Below are positions 1 through 9,418 of a stretch of 64,000 bases of DNA, piece by piece. The stretch lies in NCBI GenBank assembly GCA_035297365.1, contig DATGZA010000067.1:1-64000 (forward strand), in the 5' to 3' direction. A program made the translations under genes and the position numbers. The notes under the pieces were generated by a model, which made no database searches, was not told where the DNA came from, and saw nothing but the letters and a program-made list of their open reading frames with translations. This DNA is from Nitrososphaeraceae archaeon. Its GTDB lineage: Archaea; Thermoproteota; Nitrososphaeria; Nitrososphaerales; Nitrososphaeraceae. Positions within the stretch are counted from its first letter, which is position 1. Each line of letters opens with the position of its first letter.

Positions 1-380
1 TGACAGGGAACAAGAAAGTAAATAAATACAGAGAAGAATACATCATTATCATCAATCGTATGTTCTGTTTCTATTCTAATGATCAAGGATTGTTAGAAAG
101 AAATAGCACCTTATAGATGAATAAATATCGTTAAACTAACAGTACCATTCAAAACTATAGATTTTTTAAATATATTTAATAGTATAATAAAGCAAAGTAG
201 TTTAGATATGTTTATGTCTATATCCTTAGCATAATCATCTATTCGTATTTTATGTGTATAAAAAATATTTTATTAATAATAGTTGATAGAAATAAGTTAT
301 ATTTATACATTCATCAGATATTTAATTAAATTATTTAAAACTGAGAAAATAAAATAAAAGGATTTCTTATTTATATCACT

Positions 381-1088
381 TCATTCATAATGACCATGGT
401 CTGCTTTTGGATCATATGGTATAAAGTAATTGTTCAAGAATCTATAATCAATTCCTGCAGAAACTATGTGTTTATCTTCTTGCATAGGACCTTTATCTAG
501 TATAAATGATGCAGGTATTGCTACATGTTTAAACCAAGCCACTAATTCAGGATGTTTTTCTCCACTGTCCGTTTTTACTAATTCATGATAGTGAACATAT
601 CCTTGTTTAGCGAATTCATAAGCAGTTGTATTTGTCCAAGGTGCGATTATAACATCTACTAAATATAGTAATTCATTACCTTTAGTATCAGAAGACCACC
701 AGTTTTGCTCTCCAAACGGACCGATATTATAATGAAGTCCATATAGATGATGTGGTGTATCCTGCCACCAATAATGACCAGGCGCATCTTTTGTACCATT
801 TGCACCGTCTGAAGGACCATCAAAATAATACCCTACATTATCAATTTTAACCACTAATCCATGTGTAAAAGTTTGTGATTCTTGATAATTATTTAGCGAA
901 GAATAATTGTTTGATGATATATATGTTTCATTATTAACGGAATGAGTCATTCCAGATGAAGAATTTGTATTTAAATTTAGAGCAAATATTTCGCTACTAT
1001 TAACATTTAGTATTCCTGCTAGAATTGGAATTACCGTTACTATGATTATTAAATTTAGATATTTCATATACTCTATAAACATCATCAT
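381..1088 (-). CDS. Exported His-rich hypothetical protein, possibly metal-binding
   Basis: Hydrophobic N-terminal signal/anchor (LNLIIIVTVIPILAGIL) and an N/S-rich linker. These precede a ~160 aa globular domain with 12 His (GHYW, PHHL, LHYN, VHYHE, KHVA, C-terminal DHGHYE). Confidence 0.8.
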   Translation of the reverse strand: MMMFIEYMKYLNLIIIVTVIPILAGILNVNSSEIFALNLNTNSSSGMTHSVNNETYISSNNYSSLNNYQESQTFTHGLVVKIDNVGYYFDGPSDGANGTKDAPGHYWWQDTPHHLYGLHYNIGPFGEQNWWSSDTKGNELLYLVDVIIAPWTNTTAYEFAKQGYVHYHELVKTDSGEKHPELVAWFKHVAIPASFILDKGPMQEDKHIVSAGIDYRFLNNYFIPYDPKADHGHYE

Positions 1089-1216
1089 TCTTATAAATAA
1101 TAAGATTTCGTTAATAAAATAAAAAGTAATAACTATGAAATATTACTACAAATAGATTAAATTAATAAGCTAAAGTTGAATCGTGCTAAATAAAATTTTA
1201 AAAATCGATCATAACG

Positions 1217-1720
1217 TTATGACTCAAATGGACAATTGACTACTATACTAGCAATTCGTGTTATTATATCACCTTGTTTTGCATGTTCCATTATTCTTCA
1301 AGTGTTGTGAGAAATTGCGTTTACATGAGATCTTTTGATGTTGCATTTAATATTCTCCAGATAGGAAAATGCATTAACAGCTGCTTTAGTAGATCGAATA
1401 TTTGCCTGAAATGCAATTGAACCAGTTCGATTTATTACATTTGTAAATATAGAGATCTTACGATGAGCCAGTTTTACTTTACAAATAATTCTCCTAACTT
1501 GTCTGCAATCTTTTTGACTGAAACATTAGCAAGCTATATAATAACGATCAGTCATCAGGAGCAAATCCTCTAGTGGCAACAAAAATAGCTTGCATTTTCT
1601 TGTTATCAATATCACAGTACTTGACCTCCACCGTATAGAGTTTCATCAGTTAATGTTTTATAGTCTGGACCTATTGAAAATGAGAATACGTTGCAATGGA
1701 GACTTTCTTACTTCTATTAT
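1217..1720 (-). pseudogene. Fragmented gene of a thaumarchaeal exported repeat-domain protein family (recalled as DUF7482-like; unverified)
   Basis: Manual minus-strand translation across frameshifts and stops gives collinear pieces: FSIGPDYKTLTDETLYGGGQVL / MQAIFVATRGFAPD / ANVSVKKIADKLG / IFTNVINRTGSIAFQANI / PIWRILNATSKD / QFLTTLEE / IVVNCPFES*. These resemble the FTNG..G.G..GFQ..YSPLWR..VVNCP motif series. Confidence 0.6.
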
Positions 1721-1724
1721 TACA

Positions 1725-2160
1725 TGTATAGTAGAGGATCATATAATACAAGGTCTTAAAGAGAAGCGTATTAGAAGATGGAGACCGGAAAACAAGACAA
1801 GGAGTGTAATGGAATTATTGACTACACAAATATTGCATTAGCAGAACTATACTGAAACTACAATCTGAATCCAAATGTATTATACAGTTGGAAGCAGAAA
1901 TTCATATAAAGTGGCAGGATGATACTTTCAGGTTAGAGTAAAGACGATACGATAAGCAGGAATAAGGAAATAGAGATTGAGCCACTAAAGAAGATCATTG
2001 ATGAACGAACAATAGCAAAAGATGCATTTAAAAAAAGGATAGAAACATGGAAGAGGGAATGATAGGGCCCTTGGTAAGGACGATGTTAAACAACAGAAGA
2101 ATGAGCATTAGAAAGACAAGGACATATTCTTGTTGTAATAAACATATGTACTACAACAAC
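1725..2160 (+). mobile_element. Degenerate IS3-family insertion sequence remnant (orfA plus start of orfB)
   Basis: Broken translation KRIRRWRPENKTRSVMELLTT / ALAELY*NYNLNPNVLYSWKQKFI*SG...EIEPLKKIIDERTIAKDAFKK matches the IS3 OrfA HTH plus leucine-zipper pattern. An A7-GG run (A-AAA-AAG -1 frameshift motif) lies at 2030-2038, followed by an orfB-like start that breaks off near 2160. TG at 1725 is a possible left end. Confidence 0.75.
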
Positions 2161-2747
2161 AGACAAATTCATTATAGAAATTACATTGCATTATCTCACC
2201 AACAACAATAGAGGTTTTTATTACTATTATCAAAACTCATAATTATTTAGAAACTTGGAACAATTATATTACTATTAGACACTTCTCATTTTAAATATCT
2301 TCCATATTATTGCGCAATATTAATAAAGGAACCATTAGATACCAAAAATTATGAATATTTTTAAATTCTATAAATAGAATATATATACAGCTCTAAATAT
2401 TGATAATGCTTATTAAAAATCTTTTAATATAATTACATAATAATAAATAATTACTATTAGAACAGATATTATTATTGTTATATTATTTGCCAACTATAAA
2501 TTCCAGATTCCAGATAATTTACATAATCATACATAAAAAACATAATTAACAAATATTCACCTCTAATAAGTTAACATTGGAAAAATATTAGATAATTTAA
2601 ATATGGAGGCATTTAAAAACGAACGTATATATAAAAGGATTATGTAAGGAATATTCCAAAATCTTTATATTTTCTTTCTTTGATAGTAAGAATTGCTATA
2701 AATGAGTTCTATTCAAAGCACTAGGAGTAATAAAAAAAGATCATAAA

Positions 2748-3119
2748 ATGTTCGAAGATATCGATAAAAATTTGAAGAACGTAATAACACCACAGAAGCA
2801 AGCAAACAAAATTCATATCCCTAATTTGGACGATGGAGAATTTGCTTTTGTGGAATGGTTAAATTCAGAAGATAAAAACTCTTCTGCTAACCATATGATA
2901 CTTAAAAGATATGAAAAAGATAAAGAATCTATTATAAATGATAATACTCTACAATCTGACGTGATAATAACCATCAATGATGGTGTTCCATTCTGTACAT
3001 ATTGTAAAGACGATAGTTGTGCACATGTAGGATTTACGATATGTGTAATGCAATTATTTGAAAGAAAAGGAATTCTGATTGGTGAAGATGAAAGTATTTT
3101 AAATTTATTAAAGGACTAA
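2748..3119 (+). CDS. Hypothetical protein with C-terminal SWIM-like zinc-binding motif
   Basis: 123 aa ORF with FCTYCKDDSCAHVGF (CxxC-x4-CxH). Confidence 0.7.
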   Translation: MFEDIDKNLKNVITPQKQANKIHIPNLDDGEFAFVEWLNSEDKNSSANHMILKRYEKDKESIINDNTLQSDVIITINDGVPFCTYCKDDSCAHVGFTICVMQLFERKGILIGEDESILNLLKD

Positions 3120-3183
3120 GATAATTAATACTGGCATCTGATTTATTATTAATTTTTTTATCTATCTATCTTTTTCTTTTTCT

Positions 3184-4392
3184 TCATTTTTTAGATGATA
3201 GTATCTTATCTGGTAGTTTCCAACCCAGTTTAATCATATAAGGCGAGATAAATGTTGTAATTATGGTCATTGCTCCTATCATGGGAAGAAGAAATGCACT
3301 TGTAAGACCTGTATCTGCTCCACCTTTTGCAACAACAAGTGCTAGTTCTCCTCCTGATGAAGATAAACCAAAAGCTGCCTTCATAGAAGTTGCTGAACTA
3401 AATCGTTGCGATTTTGATGAGAGAAATACCGTAAGAAATTTAGCAGAAATTGAAACTATTACCAAGATTGAAGCTGGAATAATAAATACCACTAATAACG
3501 ACATGTCCATTAGTGCACCAACAGATACAAAAAATATTGCTCCGAACATATCTCTAATTGGAGTTGCTAAAATTCTTGTAACTGCATGAACTTTTGATTC
3601 TGCTATCAGTACACCAGCAAAGAATGCACCTGTTGCTACCGAGATTCCTATTTGATAAGATATAAAGGATAACCCAAATGCCACTCCTAGAACCACTAGT
3701 ATCAGAACCTCATGTTGATTGAATTTGCCAATATAATTGATAAATTTTGGTATAGTTTTTGATCCTAAAAACAAGACTCCAAAAATAAATGCAATTGTTA
3801 TACTAATAGATATTAAAATATCAACAATTGATAGGTCCCCTGATGACGAACTAACAGATTGTAATACTGCCAACATTGAGATAATTAGGATGTCTTCCAT
3901 TACTGCTACTCCCAAGACTATATAGGATGCCTCTTCCTTGATTATATCTAGCTCTTCTAATACCTTCATAATAATGATGGTACTAGTAACTGAAATTGCA
4001 AGTGCAACAAATGCGGAATCGAAAAGTGAAAAATTTAGGAGAAAGAAACTTACAGAAAAACCTACCGCAAATGTTCCAAACGCTTCTGATGTTGCTATTG
4101 TTAATGCTTTCTTTCCAATCTTGCGTAGTTTGTCTATAGGAAATTCCATACCAACAACAAATAACAAAAGAATTATACCCATTTCTGCAAACAAATTCAA
4201 AATATCTGGATTTAATATTAAACTAAATGGTGGAGTATGTGGGCCGATGATTATTCCCGCAAGGATATAACCAATAACTAGCGGTTGTTTAAATTTAAAT
4301 GAGATGAACGCCATGACAGACGCAATAATCATAATAACTGAAAAATCTTGGATGAACTGTCCGACCTCAATACCAACAACCATTATAAACAA
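3184..4392 (-). CDS. Cation:proton antiporter, CPA2 (Kef/NapA-like) family
   Basis: About 12 TM segments; motifs GYILAGIIIGP, AEMGIILLLFVVGME, ISVTSTII, VMEDI, GAFFAG, IFFVSVG. Confidence 0.92.
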   Translation of the reverse strand: MFIMVVGIEVGQFIQDFSVIMIIASVMAFISFKFKQPLVIGYILAGIIIGPHTPPFSLILNPDILNLFAEMGIILLLFVVGMEFPIDKLRKIGKKALTIATSEAFGTFAVGFSVSFFLLNFSLFDSAFVALAISVTSTIIIMKVLEELDIIKEEASYIVLGVAVMEDILIISMLAVLQSVSSSSGDLSIVDILISISITIAFIFGVLFLGSKTIPKFINYIGKFNQHEVLILVVLGVAFGLSFISYQIGISVATGAFFAGVLIAESKVHAVTRILATPIRDMFGAIFFVSVGALMDMSLLVVFIIPASILVIVSISAKFLTVFLSSKSQRFSSATSMKAAFGLSSSGGELALVVAKGGADTGLTSAFLLPMIGAMTIITTFISPYMIKLGWKLPDKILSSKK

Positions 4393-4432
4393 ACTATAAA
4401 AAAAAGGGTATAAGAACTAAAGGAATTCAAAA

Positions 4433-4636
4433 TTAAATATATTTATAGATAAATACTACAAGAATACCCAAAAACCAATATGTTATCTTGTTTACTACAA
4501 CGGATGTTGATAATACTCTTTCCAGTTTATGTTCTTTTAGCAGTCTGCAATAAAATCCAAAAATATCTGTAATCCAGAGTACATTTATCCAAGAAAGCAT
4601 CAAATAATAGATACTTTCTTGCCAGTTTTGTACCAA
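4433..4636 (-). CDS. Doubtful small hydrophobic ORF or gene remnant
   Basis: 67 aa TTG-start ORF just upstream of the antiporter on the same strand; no recognisable motif. Confidence 0.2.
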   Translation of the reverse strand: MVQNWQESIYYLMLSWINVLWITDIFGFYCRLLKEHKLERVLSTSVVVNKITYWFLGILVVFIYKYI

Positions 4637-5174
4637 TCAACGTAAAAAAATCTATTTTGTCATACAATAAAGTGTTGTATCAATTTAGTTACAGATTTAT
4701 ATAAAAATCATTATAGAACTTTGAAACATTATATTTTTATCAAGTCAACTGAATTATTTATGCTTTTATTCTTTGTTTATCTATAGAACTTACAGATTAT
4801 TTTTTATATTTCTTCTATCGGTATAATTTCGTAGTATATTATCCATTTTTTCATTAAAGAAATCTCTTGATATTATAAATAAGAACTTTATAATATCTTA
4901 ATTTGAACATAATTAAAAAGATAAAAAATAATATCAGAATTTATATAAATTCGATTTGGAATAAATATTACTTTACATCCTTTTTAATATAATTGCAAAA
5001 AATATATGTATACATTCCATGTATTATTATGATTTAACGGTCACGTATAAACAATATCCTTCAACAAAATTTTAATTCGGTGTGGATAATATTTTTGTAT
5101 ATTACTCCACTTTCTCAGTTGCCAATACATTTTTAAATTACTGCATATCTAAATTAATTAAGGAATGATCAGAT

Positions 5175-5486
5175 TTAGGTAAAAGAAAAGTTTTGAATGA
5201 GGCTGAGCTTAAGGAGCTTGTAATGCCGCATGAAGGAGAAATGTTCGGAAGGGTTATCAAACTAGTAGGAGGAGATAACGTTATTGTAAAGTGTACTGAT
5301 GGAAAAATTCGTACATGTCGTATTCGTGGAAAAATTAAAAGACGAATGTGGATCAGAGAAAATGATCTAGTTCTTCTTGCTCCATGGGATTTTCAATCTG
5401 ACAAAGCTGATATTGTCTGGAGGTATATTGCCGCCCACGCTGACAAATTAGAACAAGAGGGTCATCTACAAGGGTTGAATAAATAG
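5175..5486 (+). CDS. eif1a: Translation initiation factor aIF-1A
   Basis: GRVIKLVGGDNVIVKCTDGK..CRIRGKIKRRMWIRENDLV..PWDFQSDKADIVWRY is the eIF1A OB fold. The frame stays open upstream of the track start (5193 TTG) through GKRKV to a TTA at 5175, so the true start is uncertain. Confidence 0.95.
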   Translation, partial: LGKRKVLNEAELKELVMPHEGEMFGRVIKLVGGDNVIVKCTDGKIRTCRIRGKIKRRMWIRENDLVLLAPWDFQSDKADIVWRYIAAHADKLEQEGHLQGLNK

Positions 5487-5564
5487 ATATTTATTGTAAC
5501 TATTTTATCGATTGCTTCTCCCAATTTATTGCAATTTGATCTTTAACCAATAACGCTTTATCTT

Positions 5565-6389
5565 TTAAATTCTCACATGAATGTTATTTCTTTTTAAGAA
5601 TCTTTTTACTTTATTTATGGTTGATTTTTCATAATGAAATATCGAGGCAGCTAATGCTGCATCTACATTGGTCTTTTTAAAGACTTCTAGCATATGCATA
5701 GCTTTACCACAGCCACCAGAAGCTATTACAGGAATGCTTACTGTCTTACAAATAACATCATTCAATTTCAAATCATATCCTTCTTCTGTTCCATCTGCAT
5801 CAATACTTGTCAAAAGGATTTCACCGGCACCTAATTTTTCTACTTGTCGCGCCCATTCTATAGCATCTATACCAGTACCCTCTTTTCCACCGTAAATTCT
5901 TACCTCAAACCAGTATTTTTTAATCAGATTGTTCTTATCATATTCTTTTATTATATTCTTTTTTTTGGTATCTAAATCATTATATTTTTTTTTAACGTCG
6001 ATCGCAACAACTATGCATTGTCTTCCAAAAATAGACATCAGCTCTGTGATTAGTTCAGGATTCTTCACCGCAGAAGTATTGATAGAGACTTTATCTGCTC
6101 CGCTTAATAATATATCTCTCGCATCCTCAAGTCTCCTGATTCCGCCACCTACTGTAAATGGAATATCTATTACCCTCGCTACATTTCGTACTACTTTCTT
6201 TATTATCTCGCGTTTCTGTTGTGACGCTGTGATATCCAAGAAGACCAGTTCATCTGCTCCTTGTTGTGTGTATCTATTAGCAAATTCTACCGGATCGCCA
6301 GCATCCTTTACTTCTTTAAACTTTATTCCCTTAACTACTCTTCCATTATCTACATCCAAACAAGGTATGATTCTCTTTGCTAATGTCAT
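5565..6389 (-). CDS. hisF: Imidazole glycerol phosphate synthase cyclase subunit
   Basis: [47 protein letters not shown]. Confidence 0.97.
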   Translation of the reverse strand: MTLAKRIIPCLDVDNGRVVKGIKFKEVKDAGDPVEFANRYTQQGADELVFLDITASQQKREIIKKVVRNVARVIDIPFTVGGGIRRLEDARDILLSGADKVSINTSAVKNPELITELMSIFGRQCIVVAIDVKKKYNDLDTKKKNIIKEYDKNNLIKKYWFEVRIYGGKEGTGIDAIEWARQVEKLGAGEILLTSIDADGTEEGYDLKLNDVICKTVSIPVIASGGCGKAMHMLEVFKKTNVDAALAASIFHYEKSTINKVKRFLKRNNIHVRI

Positions 6390-6392
6390 AAT

Positions 6393-7115
6393 TCAGACAA
6401 CCGTTCTTGCTTTTTTTACATCTATTTTTCCATCATAAATGGACTTTCCAAGGATAACAGCGGAACAACCAATATTTTTTACCCTTATAATATCTTCAAT
6501 ACTTGAAATTCCCCCACTAGCAATTATTTTTGAACCGAAAATATTTGATGCATAAGATAGCATGTTTATATCAGGTCCATTTAAAGTACCATCCCTTTCT
6601 ACTGTAGTTAACAGAAATTCTTTGATTCCTTTTGCCATAAAGAGCTTTACTGCTTCAATTACTTTAAATCCAGAGGACTGTCTCCATCCATCAATCATTA
6701 CTATTCCCTTATTTTGATCTATTGAAACAATTATCTTCTCCAATTTTTCTTTTGGAACTTGTTGAAAGACATTTGGCTGTTTATATGCGAATGTACCGAT
6801 CACAATTTTTTCTGCATTTCCATACAACATCTCATTAATAGCTTCAATTGATCTTATTCCGCCTGCCACTTGAACAGGAATTTTTACTGATTCTATAATT
6901 TTCAATACTATATCTTTGTTGTTTTTGTTGTCATTCCATCCTGTTCTTAATGTAGCATCCAGATCTACAACATGTATTCTGTCAACTTCATAACTTTCAA
7001 AATTTTTTGCAATTTCAATAGGATTATCACTATAAACAATTTTGTTTTGCGGATCTCCCTTAATCAATCTTACAACTTTTCCCTCAAGAATATCAATAGC
7101 AGGTATTATTTTCAT
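6393..7115 (-). CDS. hisA: ProFAR isomerase
   Basis: IIPAIDILEGKVVRL, HVVDLD, QVAGGIRS, RDGTLNGPD, IASGG. Confidence 0.96.
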   Translation of the reverse strand: MKIIPAIDILEGKVVRLIKGDPQNKIVYSDNPIEIAKNFESYEVDRIHVVDLDATLRTGWNDNKNNKDIVLKIIESVKIPVQVAGGIRSIEAINEMLYGNAEKIVIGTFAYKQPNVFQQVPKEKLEKIIVSIDQNKGIVMIDGWRQSSGFKVIEAVKLFMAKGIKEFLLTTVERDGTLNGPDINMLSYASNIFGSKIIASGGISSIEDIIRVKNIGCSAVILGKSIYDGKIDVKKARTVV

Positions 7116-7732
7116 TTTTTATTATCACACACATTCAAAAAATTTTTAATTATTTTTTCCCCGTTACTACCAGATTTTTCAGGATGAAATTGTGTTCCAA
7201 ATATATTGTCTTTTTCGATAACAACGGGAATATCTTCTCCATAAATAGATTTGGCAACTATTATATCTTTATTCACAGGAACAATATAATATGAATGAAC
7301 AAAATATACCCATGCCTCATTTTCTATTCCATGTAAAATTTTGCTATCTTTATTAGTTATATCAAGATTGTTCCAACCCATATGTGGAATTTTAACTTTC
7401 TTTTTAGGTAGCATAATCACATTACCATCAAAAATTCTCAATCCTTCTAATTCTCCTTCTTCACTATTTAAAAATAACATTTCCATTCCTAGGCAAATTC
7501 CAAGTACGGGAATTTTCCTGTCTACGAGATCACAAAAATTTTCTCTGTATGGTTCAATTGATCTTATTGCAGGATCAAAATTTCCAACTCCTGGAAGAAT
7601 CAATCCATTATATCTATTAACATTTTTTAAGGTTTTAATAATTGAAACCTGTTTAGCTCCATTTCTTTCTAACGCACATTTCAGACTATATAGATTGCCA
7701 GCACCATAATCAAAAATTGCTATTTTACTCAC
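7112..7732 (-). CDS. hisH: Imidazole glycerol phosphate synthase glutaminase subunit
   Basis: DYGAGNL, LPGVG, GICLGM, PHMGWN, YFVHSY, QFHPEKS. Confidence 0.97.
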   Translation of the reverse strand: MSKIAIFDYGAGNLYSLKCALERNGAKQVSIIKTLKNVNRYNGLILPGVGNFDPAIRSIEPYRENFCDLVDRKIPVLGICLGMEMLFLNSEEGELEGLRIFDGNVIMLPKKKVKIPHMGWNNLDITNKDSKILHGIENEAWVYFVHSYYIVPVNKDIIVAKSIYGEDIPVVIEKDNIFGTQFHPEKSGSNGEKIIKNFLNVCDNKK

Positions 7733-7735
7733 TAT

Positions 7736-8353
7736 CTACATTACACCTTTTGTACTTGGGATGTCAGTTTGTTTGGAATCTATCTTAGCAGCCATTCGAA
7801 ATGCTACTGCAAAAGCCTTCATCGCCGCTTCAATCTTGTGGTGATCGTTCTCTCCATATTGAACATACACGTGAATACATCCATTTATATTTTGTAATAA
7901 ACTCTCAATGAAATGTTCTAAATCTTCCTTGGATACTCCTTCCACTTCTTTTCTTGCAAGTCCTAAATTCAATTTAGAATATTGCCTTTTAACAAGATCA
8001 ATCGATGAAACAGCCAATGATTCATCCATAGGAATAGTAGCATATCCAAATCTACTAATTTTTGTCCTATCTGATAGAGCATTATTTATTGCTTGACCAA
8101 TAGTTATTGCTACATCTTCTATTAAGTGATGAGATATTTTGTCGTTTGATTTTGCTTCCAAGTTGATATCTGTCATACTATGTTTACCAAATGTTGATAC
8201 GAGGTGATCAATAAACGGATATCCTGTTCTAATGTTAACTGATCCTGTTCCATCGATATTAACTTCTACTTTAATATTCGTCTCTTTGGTATTCCTTTCT
8301 TTCTTCATATGCCTCATGTAAGATACACTGGTATCAGGAGAATCAGAATTCAA
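7736..8353 (-). CDS. hisB: Imidazoleglycerol-phosphate dehydratase (monofunctional)
   Basis: RNTKET, HHLIEDVAI, PMDES, NDHHKIEA, PSTKG. Confidence 0.96.
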   Translation of the reverse strand: MNSDSPDTSVSYMRHMKKERNTKETNIKVEVNIDGTGSVNIRTGYPFIDHLVSTFGKHSMTDINLEAKSNDKISHHLIEDVAITIGQAINNALSDRTKISRFGYATIPMDESLAVSSIDLVKRQYSKLNLGLARKEVEGVSKEDLEHFIESLLQNINGCIHVYVQYGENDHHKIEAAMKAFAVAFRMAAKIDSKQTDIPSTKGVM

Positions 8354-8368
8354 CTAAGTATATTTTTA

Positions 8369-9418
8369 TCATACTTTATTTAATACATTTGGTAAATTGT
8401 TAATGCTTTTAATAATAAAATCTGCATTTTTATCTTTAAATTTTTTAATTAATTCTTGTTGATTAGTGCTACAGCCATATACTCCACAAAAAAATACTTT
8501 TGTTCTTTCACCTTTTTTCCTCTTTGTTAAATTTATCTCTCTTTCGGCTCTTTTAGCCATTATTGAATCCTCAATCGAATCTCCACAATATATTATATGG
8601 TCATTAAAACCCATACATTTCATTACTCTTATCAAACCATGTGGATTTGGTTTGGCATATCTTCTTTTTTCATCTTCAAGAAATATGCTCTTATTACCAT
8701 TTAACAATATGAATTTTCTATCTAATGAAAACTTAGCAGCTATCTTACTCCTTCCAGAAACCATTGCAATCTTGCCATTGAATTTATTCGACAAAGCTTT
8801 AATAGTTTTGTTAGTAATTATTATCTTGTCATTTTCTATTAATGGTTTACCAAAATAATAATTTGTATCAAATCCATACTTCATTCTAAATAATTTTTGT
8901 CCATAAAAAAATTCATCAAATACCGTAGAAACTATGCTCTTTCCAACTGGTCCAGGATAATTCAAATCTTTTCTAATTTTATCAAAATCAAAATCATCTT
9001 TCTCTGACAATTTTTTACTAGAGTAATTTAATGATTTTTTCAAAAATTTTTCGACGGAGATTATTCCACTTTCATCCGAATTCTCTGCTGTTCTAAAAAG
9101 AAATCTTTTCAAATCATCATTTTGGAAATTAGAATTTAATAACAAAGTAAGAGTAATAGCATAACTTGTATCTGTATCGTTGTTAAATCCTCCTGACTGT
9201 CTAAATCTCGAAATTATATTGTCTGAAACAATATTTTTAGAACGATATTTTTTCAAATAATTTGTTATAAATTGTGTTGTTTTTTTTATCGCTTCGTTAT
9301 AAGATTTTCTGACATCTATCAATACTCCATCAATATCAACAATAATAGAAGTTACTCGAATGTTGTTATATTTTATATTTGAGGAAATGAAATCTGTTTC
9401 TGTTATTTTTTTATACAT
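8369..9418 (-). CDS. HAD-superfamily hydrolase, probable histidinol-phosphate phosphatase
   Basis: Motifs DIDGVLID, GGFNNDTD, VSGR, KPNP, GDSIED; located between hisC and hisB. Confidence 0.8.
   Translation of the reverse strand: MYKKITETDFISSNIKYNNIRVTSIIVDIDGVLIDVRKSYNEAIKKTTQFITNYLKKYRSKNIVSDNIISRFRQSGGFNNDTDTSYAITLTLLLNSNFQNDDLKRFLFRTAENSDESGIISVEKFLKKSLNYSSKKLSEKDDFDFDKIRKDLNYPGPVGKSIVSTVFDEFFYGQKLFRMKYGFDTNYYFGKPLIENDKIIITNKTIKALSNKFNGKIAMVSGRSKIAAKFSLDRKFILLNGNKSIFLEDEKRRYAKPNPHGLIRVMKCMGFNDHIIYCGDSIEDSIMAKRAEREINLTKRKKGERTKVFFCGVYGCSTNQQELIKKFKDKNADFIIKSINNLPNVLNKV

Noticed and set aside
1-116. Open frame from the window edge (TGNKKVNKYREEY...NSTL*)
   Set aside because: Too short, truncated by the window edge, and no recognisable motif.
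1590-1841. Track ORF of 83 aa
   Set aside because: Chimeric: its 5' half is antisense to the pseudogene and its 3' half is the IS3 orfA remnant.
2160-2660. Long, extremely AT-rich spacer (also 4640-5160) considered as replication origin or CRISPR leader
   Set aside because: No ORB-like G-string repeats, no cdc6 nearby and no repeat-spacer array.
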